Positions 37,383-51,862 of a stretch of 64,000 nt of DNA are shown here, in pieces. This DNA is from Piromyces finnis finn (taxonomy: Eukaryota; Fungi; Neocallimastigomycota). Location: positions 806,001-870,000 of the forward strand of contig MCFH01000012.1 in the NCBI GenBank assembly GCA_002104945.1, written 5' to 3'. The position numbers and the translations under genes are program-made. The first letter of the stretch is position 1; every line of letters begins with the position of its first letter. The notes under the pieces were generated by a model, which ran no database searches, had not been told where the DNA came from, and worked only from the letters and a program-made list of their open reading frames with translations.

Positions 37383-40300
37383 TTATTTTTGTTGATGAAT
37401 ATTAGACATCGCTATACCAACACCTAATGGGTCAATGGTTGTAATCCATTGGATCATATCTTTTTTATTTGAAGCTTGTAAAATTACACTATGGTATTGG
37501 GTATAAACTTCAAAAACAAATTCTTTATTCATGGTCTTCTTCAGTTCTTGATTATAACTAACCTTGGCATCCAATAAATTAATTACATCAATAATATCTA
37601 CCATATTTTTATTCTTATAAATGTAAAGATACGGTCTCTGAATAACAACATACGATTTAAACCATGAGCTTTCATTAACAACTTCGACTTCTGGATCTGG
37701 ATAATAAAGATATCCTTTCCGTTGAATAAGAGTGGTATACCTTATCTTGGAAAATTCCGGAGTGTAATACAATAAACTTTCATTCTTGACGGCATCTGCT
37801 TGATCTTCTTTACGATCCAAATAGAAACAACGTTTAATAATTCTATTTTTAAAGATGGTGCAATTCTTCCAAAGGTAAATAACACTAATGTATTTATCGG
37901 CATTACGAATAGGTGATCTTACAGAGGGTGAGGTTGGAATTCTAAAGCTAAATGTATGATCATCTTCTACTTCTTCCACTTCTTCTTTTTCTTCTTTCTT
38001 TTGCTTTTGACGAGCACAATCCTCAATGTAAAGATATTGTCGAGAAAATTCGGCCATTTGATTATTTCTTCTCTTCTTCATCATATTGATTGATTGTAAA
38101 ATGAGATATTCGGCATTCAAAAATTTCAAAAGACCAAGAACTTCTTGTCCTCGAACATACACCTCTTCTTTTGGTAATTGTAAAAGACAATTCTTTTGTC
38201 CATCCTCATCTTTATTCAAAATTAAATTAAAGGTTTCTACATATTGCTTGGTAATATAATTGGATTTAGAAAATAGAGAGGTAAAGATGTTTGAGGATTC
38301 TTGACGATTTTGAATGATAAGGGCAATATCCATCGTCATTTTACATGAATCATTTATTCTTATATTGTTGAACGGATTGTTGGCCTTTTCCTCATCATGA
38401 CAATAATCCTTCACGTCAATTTTGATGCCACTTGGAGTAGGTTGACCTTCAAAACTAACATCAAATTCAACCCTTACAACAATCTTTGTCTCTTTTTCCG
38501 TTTCCTTGTTCAAAAAGAGACTTTCGTGAAGCGAGGAATCCCAAGCATAGGTAGAAACAAGAGAACGCTTTCCACTCTTATATATTCCTTGGGTTTGATT
38601 CTTAAGAGGGACAAGAGATACTGGTTTGCATTGATCATACGTAAAGGACGGTTCATACAACTTTTTACTTTTAATACCAGTCTTTCTAATATCACTAAGA
38701 GAAAAGGATTTAATACACTTGATCGGTAGAGAATCCCCAGAGGTGTGTATGATTTCTAATTCTATACGACGTTGGAGTCCTTGGTGAATAAGGAAAGCAC
38801 CTAAATCATCGGAAGAAAGATATTGTACATTTACTGGTTCATAGGTTCCATCAGCAGATAACTCACAAATTTTTAAAGAAACAATAATATTATGACGATA
38901 TATATTGATGGATTCTAACGGTATTTCTGATATAATAGATGCTTTTCTTGAAAGAGTTTCTGGTTCATTAACACCAAGTGAATCGGATTTTGAAGAAAAT
39001 TTCTTAAAGGTTTTACTGGCCTTTCTAATGATGGTTCGCTTTCTTCTCATTTGTGGTAAATCTGTATCAGGATTAAAGCCTTCAATAATATTAGATCTAC
39101 GCTTTACGGTCAGTGAGAAGGATGAAAATCTATTTTTTAATCTTTTTAAAGTACCACCACCATTTTCATTTTCTTTATTCAATGTTTGTTGAGAAGGAGA
39201 TTGAGTGGGTAATTGAGATTCTGATGAATCGGTCAGTGTAGTTGGATCATCTTCTGATGAAGATAAATGGGAAGTCATATTTTCTGTTGATTCATTCTCA
39301 TTTATGGTAAAGATCTCATTATCATTAAATTCCTTTAACGATCCTACATTGTAGACATTTTCATTATCATTGTGTTCTTTTCCCAATTCTACAAAAGGTT
39401 CATTGTTGTTACTGAGTTTATTTACCGATTCTACATTACTATTATCTATATTTTTACTTTCTTCATTTGTTGCTTTTTCATTTTCTTTATTTTCACTATC
39501 ATTCATGTTGGTTTGATCAACAATCTTTTCAACCGTTTTGTTTTCAATACCATCCTTAGAATCACCATCCTCTTGAATAATAAATTCTTTATAATCAAGG
39601 TTCTCTTTTGTGTAGAGATCATTGATGAAAGAAGATACAGTACCTTCAGGTTTACTACCAAAAATTTCAAATCGAAGATAGCCATACTTTAAATTACGTA
39701 AAATATTTTTGGTCACGTGTAAATGAATGGTTTGAGAATAATTAAATAAAATGGCATTATCTTTAAATCCTGTTTTAATATTCGTCGTGAATAAGGATTC
39801 ATTATCCTCATCTTGTTGACTTTTTTCTTGTAATCCATTACTAGTGGTTGATCTTTTATTTGCCTTTTTCTTATTCTTTACCTTTAGTTTTTTATTAAAA
39901 TCACTTGTATTAAATTGACAATGAACTTGAGTGTATTCATCTTCGGAGATTCCTTCAATTTTTTCTATAATAATATCAAAGTATAATTCGGTTCCTACTT
40001 TTATACTACTTTTATTCATTGGTAAAGTAGATGGAGGTTTAAGTCTATTATTAGATATATTTTCTTCTTTCTCATCATCATCATCATCATCATCACCATT
40101 AGCTTCGGCTTCTTCACTATTTTCAATTCTTTCTTTAGGATAATGACTACCTTCAGAAGAAGGTTCTGAATTCTTTTCCATATAAGAGTCATTTCCATGT
40201 TCATTTTCAGTCGTAATATATTCATCTTCTACAGCATCATAGATAGATAAAAATTTTATTGATAAATATCCTTTTCGTCTACCTGTTTGCCATTCTATAA

Positions 40301-43300
40301 TTGGTAATCTAAAGGTATAATTGATATCATATTTTGAATATAATAAACTGGATAATAAACATTTTGAATAACCTACAAGCATAAATGGACATTTACAATT
40401 TTCTCTAAATGGATCAATCATGTTGTTATATGGATCATATACTATTTTGTTATTTAAAATATTTGATTCATATATAACCTTCATCTAAAATCAATGAAAA
40501 AAAAAAAAAAAAGAAATTTTATAAATTAAAATAAGTATATATACATATAAAATAAATTTAAAATTAAAATAGAAAAAAAAAAAAAGAGGTTATTAACTTA
40601 CTTGATTTAATCGATCTAAAAATTCGTTCAATGACCAATAATAAATTTTGTTATTTCCACCATCAATAACTTTAATAATTAAGCGATACGGATATTCTTT
40701 AGCAAAATGTTCTGACCTTCTACTAAATGAATGAATATAAGCATCATTTTCTTTTTTAATTTTTGATAAATCTTCAAACACTTCATTAACTTTGATTTCA
40801 CTAATGGTAACATCATGTTCTAAAGAAATTTCCCAAAATGATTTAGGTAGTGGATAAATATCATTTGTAACGATAAATTGATAAACAATATTCATATTTA
40901 ATTCTTTACTTATGATATTTGCTTGTTTTATGTTCATTTGATTTTTTGTAATAGCTTCCGATAATTTAACAAAATTTCTGGATTTCCAGAAATTGAAAAA
41001 TTTTTCCATTAATGCCTGTGGATCCCGTTCAATACCATCAATGAGTTGAAAATGATTAAGGTAAGCACGATCACCTCTTTCATCCATTTTACCATTTCTA
41101 AATAATAAACTTTTCTTATGAGTAGGTGAAAGTGTTGGTGATGCTTCGCCACTAAAATATTGAGGATTTATCGTGTAATCCTTCAATTCTAAATTAGTAG
41201 TACTGGCATTATACTTTTGAAATTCATGTTTAAAAATATTAAATGGTTTTTGTCGACTATTAGCATAGCTTAATGAATGAGATCTACGATCACGAGTTTC
41301 CATTTTAAATTTATTAAATGAAGTATTTGCTAAGCGAGTAAAATCATCACTACATCTTTTATTGCTATTACTGTTAGCATCTTGGATGAGTATATTAGGA
41401 AAGCCTGAAGGATCGAAACTCTTATTTGAACCATTATCTGAAAATTGTTTAAGCGAACTTATGGATAATTTAGATTTCAAACTTGGTGAATATTTACCAC
41501 CATTATTCTCTTTATTCAAATAAGAATAATTAGTAATAATATTGCTTAGCATGGTATTAATATGAGCATTACGTTTTTCAAATTTACTAATATCAGGTCT
41601 CATTTGTTTATAGGAAACACTACTACTTGTTGTACTTGTTGTTTCATCATTTGTTTGAATTTCTGCAATACTATCAGCACTACTAATAGCTGCACTATAA
41701 ATACCTTCCCTATTTAATTTTTCTCTTTGTGCATAATACCAATCCTTATCACACGATGATAATGTGGAAAAATCAGATATTGTATCTTCAGCATCATTAA
41801 TATTAGAATTATATTTTTCAATTAAATTGCGCTCTTTTCTGGCTTCTTCTGGGTTAATAAATCTAAAAACATGATATTCACCTATAATTACTCTATAACC
41901 TGATTTTAATACCTATATACATTATTTAAATAAATATTAATATAAAAAAAATTCAATGTTTTATTGAATAATAATAAAAACAAAATATAAATGATTAATG
42001 AAATGATTCAAATTATAAGAATAAAAATAAAATATAAATTATTATTGAAATGATTCAAATTACAAGAATAAAAATAAAATAAAAATGATTAATGAAATAA
42101 TTCAAGTTATAAGGATAAAAACAAAATCATTAAAATAGAAATATCTGGTGATTCAATTTATATGATAAAAATAAAATCTATAAAATAAGAAGACGGATTT
42201 AATTTATAATCAAGAAAGAAAAAAAAAAAAAACTTACTCTTGGCTTATAAATTCGACGACCATTAACCAATGTAATAGCATTATTTTCAGAGTTTGGATA
42301 AAGCGTTACAGTACCATTATTATTTTCGAAATAACAATGATTATCCTTAACATTAACACCGGTTAATAATATTTCAGCATTGGTACTAACTTTATATTTT
42401 CCAACTCGTGTTATACCTGGTCTAATTTGATATAAGAGACATTCTGACATTAAAGGATCTTCATTGAGATTAACAAGATGGGGTATTTTCTGTGGTGAAC
42501 GTAATCCTAAAATGTCATTCTTTTTACCCAATGTAATACCTAGATCTTCCAACGCATTTTCCCTTTGTTTATGAATATTCTCAGATTCTCTTAATTTCTC
42601 CTCCCAAGACATATTTAATTCATTTACTAATTTTTCATTAGCACTTAATAAATCTTGCAATTCGGAAACATTTTGAGAGTCTTGATTGAGGGATTCCATT
42701 TTTTTCATAGATTCTAATTCCTTTTTGAGACTTTCTACTTCCTTTTTAAGTTCATCAACGAGCTTCATATTATTTGATTCATTAATAACAGCTGTATTAA
42801 CAACACGTTTAGCTCTTTCAGCAAATCGTAATGTAGATAATGTTTCTTCATAATTTACATCTGCTGGTGATATAGCTGCAATAACTACCGTTTTACTGTT
42901 ACCACCCAATGAATCCTTTAAGAGCCATGTCAATACCGAATCTCTATAAGGGATATGATATTCGGGTGTAGCACGTCCAGATTTTAGTCTTGGACTTTTT
43001 ACTATTGAAGATGATGAACTATTTCCTGAAGATATATTTTTTGCTGATTGTTCAGCCAATGCTGATATTACTTTACCTAGCGTTGTTAAAGATTTGTTAA
43101 TATTAACACCTTCTTTTAAACGAACTCCTGTATTTTTTGTACTATTAATTCGTTCACTGCCTGCTAAATCAACAAATGATACTCTTGATTCTTTTTGTGT
43201 GGTTACATTAGTTTCTTTATTAATATGTTTTTGTGTTAATTTTATTGTAAATACTGCATGAGATCTACTAGAAACTTCATTCATTTTTGTTGATGCCACT

Positions 43301-43923
43301 GTTCTTGATTTATTACCTTCATCCATAACATTTATAATTTCATCATGTGAAGTGACAAGTAATTTTGATAAATCTTCAACATACGGACCTAGTATTGGAT
43401 GTTCTCTAACTCTTAAATTTTCCTTATTTGAAGGATTTAATAAATCCCTTACTCTTTCACAATAAATCTCAATATAACTAACCTCTACCAGAAAGGTTAA
43501 GTTTTCATCTCTATTATTTTTTATTCTTCTAAACATATCTTCACAAGCCAACGGTATTATACCCTTATCTTCATTATGACCCATCATTGTATAACTTTTT
43601 CCTGCTCCTGTTTGTCCATAAGCAAAAATGCATGTATTATATCCCATAAAAGCATGATCTAATAATTCTTTTCCGAGGTCATCATATATTATTTTTTGTG
43701 ATGCATATTGTTCATGTTCTTTATTAAACGACCAAAAACAATGATCAAAACAAAAAGTTTTTATTATTACATCATCATTTGTTTTTGCATATATTTGATT
43801 ATTAGGTACTTGCTTTTCTATTGATACGGTATTATCCTTGAAAGACACTATGCATTTTGTATTCTTTTTTATTTCTCTTCTATTAAAAGGTCTAACACGC
43901 ACTGCCACTTTTACGGAAGACAT
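37383..43923 (-). CDS. unc-104: Kinesin-3 (KIF1/Unc-104 family) motor
   Basis: Exons 43923-42238, 41912-40602 and 40484-37383, all phase 0. Motor domain (VKVAVRVRPFN, GQTGAGKSYTM, SSRSH, DLAGSE, IPYRDS), FHA domain (HLVNLNEDPLMSECLLY...HCYFEN...FRFINPEE), DUF3694-like region (QGLQRRI, AWDSSLH) and C-terminal PH domain. Confidence 0.95.
41990..42125. repeat. Intronic minisatellite (3 imperfect copies)
   Basis: gaaatgattcaaatta(t/c)aagaataaaaataaaa repeated within kinesin intron 1. Confidence 0.7.
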
Positions 43924-46029
43924 CTTATATTTATATATTGCTTTTTTTTTATTTCTTTAAAAATATAAAAAGAATATTATATTGTTTTTGCTTTTATTAA
44001 ATTATATTTATTTTTTGGATTTATTCTTTTTCTTATCTTTTATTTTGGTTTTACTTTCTATCTTTAAATTTTAAATGTTTTTTTTTTTTACTGCTTTAAA
44101 ATTTTGTTTATTTTACATATGTTTTAAATCAGTTAAAATGCTTATTTTACATATTTTTCAATGACTTTTATCAATAAAAAGTTTTTATTATAATAAAATT
44201 TTACTGATAAACAGTTGATGTATACAATGTTGTCTATTAAAAAAAAAAGATTTACTTGATATTATATTAATATAAAAGTATTGTTTAACTATATATAATA
44301 AATATTAATAAATGAAATCTAAGTTGATTTTATATGTGTTCTTTTTTATTTTGATATATTTAAATATTAATATGTTGTAATTTATTTATTAAGAAATGTG
44401 TATTTTATTATATTAAATTATTTTAATATTTCTTTACTGAGTAATTTCAATTTATTGAGTTTTTTTTTTTTTTTACTAAGCAATCAAATATACGTTTCTT
44501 TTTTGAAATTGGAATTCAATAATATTTTATAGTTTTATTTCTTGTAAAAATAATTTTTAATTATTGTATTTTGAATATTAAAACTATAATATTAAAAGGT
44601 TAATACATTGTTAAAATATTGAGTTGATTGCGTTTATAGTAATTGGTGCAACAAATATATAAATTATTTTTAAAAATTTAAAGACAAGTTTAAAATGCAT
44701 TAGTTATTTTTTTTTTAAATATCAATAAATTAATAAATAGAAAATAGAAAATAGAATATAATAAATAATAAAAAAAATAATGTTTTAAATGGTGAAAATT
44801 AATCTTTATATAAAATTTTGAAATTCTTTTTTTTACTTATAAAATATTGATATTAATAATTATTGGTATTGAATAACAATCATTTATGTTGATAATAATA
44901 ATACAAGATTGTTATTATTAATAAATTGATTACAAATTTTTATCTTATATGTAAAATATATTATAGATATTATGATAGAAAGAAGGTTCAGATAAAAAGA
45001 TTAATTGTGAAATTCAATAAAAAAAATTGTTTCTTTAAATATGTAACAAGTTTTATTTGTTTAAATAATTGTTTTCCTTTTACATATGTATTTGAAAATA
45101 ATAAACATTCTGAATCATAGTTATGATTTATATATATAAATCTTTATTAAAAGCTTATTGCTTTTTTTAAATAACATTTCATTGTTTAATTTCTTATAAA
45201 AAAAATGAAATTACTTACACTTATTTAAACAAATTATTTTCTTTAATTCTTTTTTCTTTTTTTTTTTTTTAATTTCTGTTACTGAATATTTTAAAAGTAA
45301 CTTTTATTTAATTAACTAAACCTTGTTTTTTTTTGTTGTTGTTGTTGCTGCTGTTATTATTGTTTTTGTTGTTACTGTTGTTGAATTTTATGTAAAAGAA
45401 AAAAAAACAAGTTTAGAAGAAAAAAAAGAAAAAGAAAAAAAGAAAAAGAAAACAAGATAATATTATATTTCGTTATATTCTCTTTTTTTTTTTTTTTTTT
45501 CCTTTTTTTCTTTTTTTTCCTTTTCTTTTTTTTATTTATTTCTTTCTTTTGTTTAATAAATAAGCTATTTCCTTTAAATAAATGAAATAAAATTGAGATT
45601 TTAAAATAAAAGCAAGGAAAAAGAAAAAAAAAAAGAGCCGCTTCAATTTATCCCATATTAAAATTTAAAAATTCTGTTGATTTATTTATTTATGTATTTA
45701 TGTATCCATTCATTAATATAAGTTAACATATATTTATTTATTATTCATTCATTCATTTATTACTATTAGTTACTAACATATATTTATTTATTTATTATTT
45801 ATTTATTCATTTATTAATGTTCATTCATTTATTTGTTTGTTTGTTCATTTATTTATTTAAATTTTAATATGAAACTCTAAAATTTTAATTTTTTTTTAAT
45901 ATGAATATTATTATTTTTTATAAAATATTAATTATTAATATTATTTTAATATTTAATAATATTTATTAATATTATTATTTATTAATATTAAAATACTATT
46001 AATAAAACTATCATTATTTAATAAAACAA

Positions 46030-46060
<31 letters not shown>

Positions 46061-47779
46061 GGAAATAGAATTATTTCTAATCATTATTATTAGTTATTAT
46101 TATTATTAGTTTTTATTATTATTAGTTATCATTGTAAAACCCAATCCACCACCTAAACCAACTGATAACTTTTCTTGTTGATAATTTCTGTTTCAATTTA
46201 GGTATTGTTATCCAATATATTAATTTATATTCATAATATATTAATATTGTTTTTATTCATCAATTTTAAATTAGATAAACTTTATTTTATATAATTTTAA
46301 AATATTTGTGTAATCTTTAAAATTTTTTTCCATATTATTAAATTTTCAACCAATAATTATTGAGGTTTAATTAATATAACTTTTTTAGATAAAAATAATT
46401 ATTTATCCAATGAAAAGAAAGAATAATAATTAATATGTAGGGAATACATTAATTTATGAAATAAATGATCATCATCATTTATTTATACAGAAATAATGGA
46501 TCAATCCTATTTCTGTTATTTCTGTATAAAGAGTATAAAGAAACCTTTTTTTTTTTTTAAATGAAAGTAAGGAATGAACTTCAGTCCATGCCTTTATAAA
46601 TTAGTCGAGATTATACTTTTTTTTTTTTTTTAAGGTATGCTTTTAATTCTATTCTTTAAATAAAAAAAATTGACATTCCTAAATTGAGTTTATGTTTCAA
46701 ATTAAAAAGCTAAATGATGCCTTTGATTTTAAAGTTTTAATTTAAAAAACAATAAAATTTATAAAATTTTCAAATAAAAAAAGTAAATGAAAAAAGGCTA
46801 TAAAACTATAAATGAATGTCATTAGAAAATTTACTTTTTCTCTCTTAAAATTATACTTAAATAATATTATAAAATTTACTTTTTTTTCTCAATAATAATT
46901 AATTGTTCTAGCTAAAATACCTAAAAAAAAAAAACTTTTAAATATTATCTCTATACTTCTATTTATAGTTACATAAAATTAAAGTTTTATTTTAAACTTT
47001 AAATTTCGCCACATTATATTTTGATCACGTTGTTCCATGATTATTTTAATTTATTCTATGTTATTAATCAATATTTCACATAATTCTATTTTTTGACTTG
47101 GAAAAAAGCTTTAAGAAAGAAGTTACTTATTATTATTATTCTAATTATTATTATTATTATATCTTTAAACTTTTTTTTTTATTTTATTTTACTCCATCCC
47201 TACTTAATGTATATATATTAGAAAAAAAAAATTTTTTTTAAATATTAATACCTCTTATATACTAAGAATACATCAACTACACCTAAAAAGTTCATCATTT
47301 CTCTCTAATTTATATCAACAAAGTAAAAAAAAAAAAAAAAACTTAGATAAAGTGGAACTCATCGATTAAACTCTTTTAAGAATCCACAACAATAGAATCC
47401 AAGATTAGGTCTTGATGAAATGAAAACTAATAGATATGCACTATTTTTTGGATTGTTTTATGCAAATTGTTAAACTTTTTTATTTTATCCAAAAAAAAAA
47501 AAAAGATTCCTTCAATAACATTTTTTTTTTTTTTTTTTGAAATTTTTTTTATTTATATTCATTATATATATTTATATATTTATTTATATATTTACTTTTT
47601 TTCTTCTTACATTACTTTATTTACATACTATAAAAATAAGAAAAAAAAAAAGAGACATTTAATTACAGGTAAAATAAAAAAAAACTTTTTTTGAGTCACA
47701 AAGATAATAATTAATGATAGAATGATATATATATAGGTATTTTTTTTTTTTAATTGTTTACATCATTCTAGTTTTTTTT

Positions 47780-49546
47780 TTAACATTTTAAAATACCACA
47801 CCATTCATTATTTTCAATTCCCCATTGACCATCACTATCTTCATAGTAAACGGTATTGTCAGTACAACATGGATAACCTAATTTCTTAGCCCAGCATTGA
47901 CAAGTGGCAGAGGAATGACTTTTAATGATACACCATTCATTATTTTCAACACCCCATTCCATGGTATCGGTGTAAACAACATCAGAGGTGGTTTTACAAT
48001 ATGGATAGGTATAATCAATATTTTGATCTTGACTTCCTTGTTGTGAATTATTATTGGAAGCTGAATTACTAACTGGAAGTGGACTTATACCATTGGTTGG
48101 ATAAGCACTTAAAAGATCATTGTATTGATTGTTGCTAATTGGAATAACATAACCATGACGTGGAGTAAAGTTAAAACCATAAGTTTTACGATCAAGAGTT
48201 CTAAAGTTGACAAGATCAGTAGTTTCTTGTAAAACAAAGTAACCATTAACATAGGCATCAGACATCATTAACCATTTATTAGTACCAACAACTGGATAAA
48301 TATTACAACCTTCAACTTCAATACCACGATCAGAAAGTTGCTTAATTTCTTGATATGGACCACTAGCATGATCAGCAGTAGCTAAACAAATGGTCTTCTT
48401 AGTTTCATCCTTGTAGTACATGTAGTATTTGTTGTTTTGGAAAATAATATCAGAATCAATGGCTTCGTTACCATTTCTTGGTGCAAATAAAAGAGCTGGA
48501 GCAGTATCTAATTTTTTCATATCCTTACTGTAGGCATAGTACATAATAGTTTTATTACCATTTCCTGGAGTTCTAACAGCAAAATAGATCATATAAGATT
48601 TCTTTTCTGGATCATAAATAGCCTGTGGAGCCCAGGCACGATCAGCAGCTTGAGTTAAAGGATATTTATTAGCAATTTCAATACTGGTAACATCATTCCA
48701 ATGAATAAGATCCTTTGATTTTGCAGTTAAAATATTACGGTTACTGTCCCAACCTAAGTAAGATTTCATATCAGTAGCTAATAAATAGTAATAATCATCT
48801 TGACCCTTTAAGATAAATGGATCACGAATACATCCAGTACCTACATTTGATTTCCAAATGGATCTTCCATAGTTAAGAATGTTGAAGTGATAACCATCAG
48901 TACTAAGAGCGTAGGATAATTGTTCCTTTTCAGGAGCGTTACCTTGGAAGAAGGCGAAAAGGAAAGCACCATTAACATTACTGTTGTTGTTTGAGGAATT
49001 ATTAGATCCACCAACTGGAATAACATAAAATTTTTGATTATCTCCACCCCAATAATCCCATTGATCAATATTAGCACCATTATCATAACTTTGATCATAA
49101 ACATCTAAAGCAGCATTACCAGAACATTCAGCAGTGATATAATAATTATCATATACATCATCGGTTTTATGGAAAATAAAACGTTGAGCTGCATTATTTT
49201 GATATTGAGATAAAATCATTTTATTACCGTTTTTATTGTTACCGTTTTCTACGGTAAGAGCCATTTTTCCTGATAAAATAGCAAATTTACCACTACCAGC
49301 GCTTTCAAAACGCCATACTTGAGAACTTGTATCACTAAGTTTTTCCCATTGATGAATATTTCCATTATTACCAACAGTGATATATTTACCACTAAGTTGG
49401 GATACAATCATATAATCTTTTCCACTTATAATTTCATCATAAGCTCTACGAGAAAGTTTGTTTGGTTCAGCATTGGAACCATTAGCAAAAGTAACAACTA
49501 ATGTTATTGCATAAAAGAAAAATTTCGATATAATATTACACTTCAT
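47780..49546 (-). CDS. Secreted cellulosomal GH43 glycosidase: signal peptide - ricin/CBM13 - GH43 (Bt3655-like) - two fungal dockerins
   Basis: Intronless 588-aa ORF. Signal peptide; QxW ricin repeats (NIHQW, QVWRF, NIDQW); GH43 motifs IRDPFI..YYLLATD, AWAPQAIYD, IDSDI, VEG and PRHG; dockerins YPYC...WGVENNEWC and CWAKKLGYPCC...WGIENNEWCGI. Confidence 0.93.
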   Translation of the reverse strand: MKCNIISKFFFYAITLVVTFANGSNAEPNKLSRRAYDEIISGKDYMIVSQLSGKYITVGNNGNIHQWEKLSDTSSQVWRFESAGSGKFAILSGKMALTVENGNNKNGNKMILSQYQNNAAQRFIFHKTDDVYDNYYITAECSGNAALDVYDQSYDNGANIDQWDYWGGDNQKFYVIPVGGSNNSSNNNSNVNGAFLFAFFQGNAPEKEQLSYALSTDGYHFNILNYGRSIWKSNVGTGCIRDPFILKGQDDYYYLLATDMKSYLGWDSNRNILTAKSKDLIHWNDVTSIEIANKYPLTQAADRAWAPQAIYDPEKKSYMIYFAVRTPGNGNKTIMYYAYSKDMKKLDTAPALLFAPRNGNEAIDSDIIFQNNKYYMYYKDETKKTICLATADHASGPYQEIKQLSDRGIEVEGCNIYPVVGTNKWLMMSDAYVNGYFVLQETTDLVNFRTLDRKTYGFNFTPRHGYVIPISNNQYNDLLSAYPTNGISPLPVSNSASNNNSQQGSQDQNIDYTYPYCKTTSDVVYTDTMEWGVENNEWCIIKSHSSATCQCWAKKLGYPCCTDNTVYYEDSDGQWGIENNEWCGILKC

Positions 49547-51862
49547 TTTTCAATTGATTGATGATTATTATTGTTATTTTTATTTTTTTTCTTAAATTGA
49601 ATGGGATTGGACTTTATAAAATTATTTTTTTTTATAATTTTAAAATTTCATTCATTACCTAAATATTATTATAATTATTTTTTTTAAAAATAATTATTTT
49701 TTTAATAACTATTAATAAAATTACTTTTGTAATTCAGTTTTAACTGATAATACAACGTTTGGTAATTCAACAACAAATGTTACTGAAATGTGAATGAAAC
49801 GAAATAAAAAATAAAATTATAATTTTAAAAATTTTATAAAAAAAAAAAAAATTTATTTTCTATACCTATAAAATTTTAAAATTTTAATTTATAATTAATT
49901 ATTTTTTAAGTTAATAGAATAATTAAATTTTAAATTAAAAAACTTTATTTATTATATAATTGATGTATAAATTAATTTGGATAAATTATGTATATAGATT
50001 ATATACATTTATATTGTTATATATGAACAATATGTATTATGAATTTATTGTAAGTATATTATATTCAATAGATGACAATAATTTTCAATAAACGGTCAAA
50101 TTTGATAATTTTTTATTTTTTTTTTGGTAAAATGATCTACAATACAAAATAAATTAATTTAATTTAATATGGAATAATATATTATATAATTTAATAATAA
50201 TAATTAACATAATAATAATAGGAATAATACTTAATAATATATTAATAATAAAATTAATATTTTTTAGGTGACATAATTATGAATAATTTGATTCACAATG
50301 AATTAAAGTTTATTTAATTTTTATATATTCATTCATTTAATTATTCAGTTATTTATTTAGTTGTTTATTTATTTTTATATTTAATTACTTATTTATTCAC
50401 TTAATTATTTAGTTGTTTATTTAATTGTTATGTATTTATTCATTCATTTATTTTGGGATGATTAATATGATTAATGCATAAAAGAACATAAATAGTAAGG
50501 GTTATAATTAATTATAAAGATGAAAGGGTTACTCCTAACAACTACCCAGAGTGTAATAAAAGACTCATAATATTAATAATCATTCCATATATACAAAAAT
50601 AAAATATTATAAAATTATATTGTTATAATAAAATAATATTCATTATGAATCAAATAAGAATACTATTATTATAATAGATAATAGACTATTAAATAAACCA
50701 TGATGATGCTAAAATATGTTATTAGTAAGTTAGGAGGAAGAGAGTAATGATTAAAAGTCTTAAAAATGTTTCATCAATAGAATTAAAAAAAAAAAATAAA
50801 GAAAAAAAACGTAAAGTAATAAGGAATACTTTTATGAATCGATGTAAATATAAATTGTATTATGATATCATGTATTATTAAATAAAAGTTGAATCTTTTT
50901 CTTTTTTTTTATTTACTGCAAGGGGATAGTTGTTTGAGTTTTATTTTAATAATGATTAAGAGATGAATAATTTTATTTATTTTTTTTTTTTTTTTTGTTT
51001 CATAAAAAGAAGCAATAATATTAAACTTTAACGATGTTCAAGAGAGTGATTCCTTCCCATTTCGTATTTGAATAGTTTTTAAATACATTTCAATTAGTTA
51101 AACTTTGAATTAATAATTTTTTTTAATCATACGCTACTATTGTTATTATTTAAATCTAACTAATAAATGAAAAACAATGTATTAATACTAGTTTATCCTA
51201 TTAATTACTTATTATTTAAGGAATAAATAAATTCATTAGCGCTGAACAATGTTTCGTTATCTTTTTTTTCCTAAAAATGAAAATTATAAATGTGCTTGTA
51301 TTTTATAATATGGATAAAACTACAGTTCTATAGCTATTATTGAAAAAATATTAATATATTTATTTGGAAATGGTACATTATAAATTATTAAAAGTTTTCT
51401 ATTTTATTAAAAATAAAAGCATAGTTTTTTTACTATAAAAAAAATTAGAAAAAATAAAATATTTAAAGGACTATTATATATAGTGAATTGTTATTTTTTA
51501 TTTTTATTTTTATATTTTATTTTTTTTATACTATTACTATTATTACTATTATTATATAGGAATAAAAATGATATATTATAAAAGTGTTTAATCTGATTTA
51601 AATTGTAAAATTGAATTATTAAAAGTGAATTGTTGTTTTCTATTTTGATACTTTTTTTTTTTTTATGTAAGACTTTCAATTATTTTAATTATTTATTATT
51701 ACTATTTTATTATTACTATTTTTTTTATATATAATTTTATGTACTATGGTAATGGATATATTATTATATTTTTATTTAGTAGTTAACTAACTTCTTTTAT
51801 TTTTTTTTATTTTCCATCATTATTATCATGATTAATTGATTAGTTATTATTAAGTTTTATAT

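Noticed and set aside
47255-47430. Box C-like TGATGA motifs suggesting C/D snoRNAs
   Set aside because: No matching box D (CTGA) or terminal stem at a suitable distance.
46100-47470. Minus-strand debris including LIDEFH (Walker-B-like) and VGLGGGLG
   Set aside because: Isolated words flanked by stops, with no coherent ORF.
50450-50785. Apparent RIP-like multi-TM pseudogene on the minus strand and a PPT-like purine run (aggaggaagagag)
   Set aside because: The stop density (about 9 in 116 codons) matches random expectation at this AT content, hydrophobicity follows from T richness, and no LTR pair is visible.
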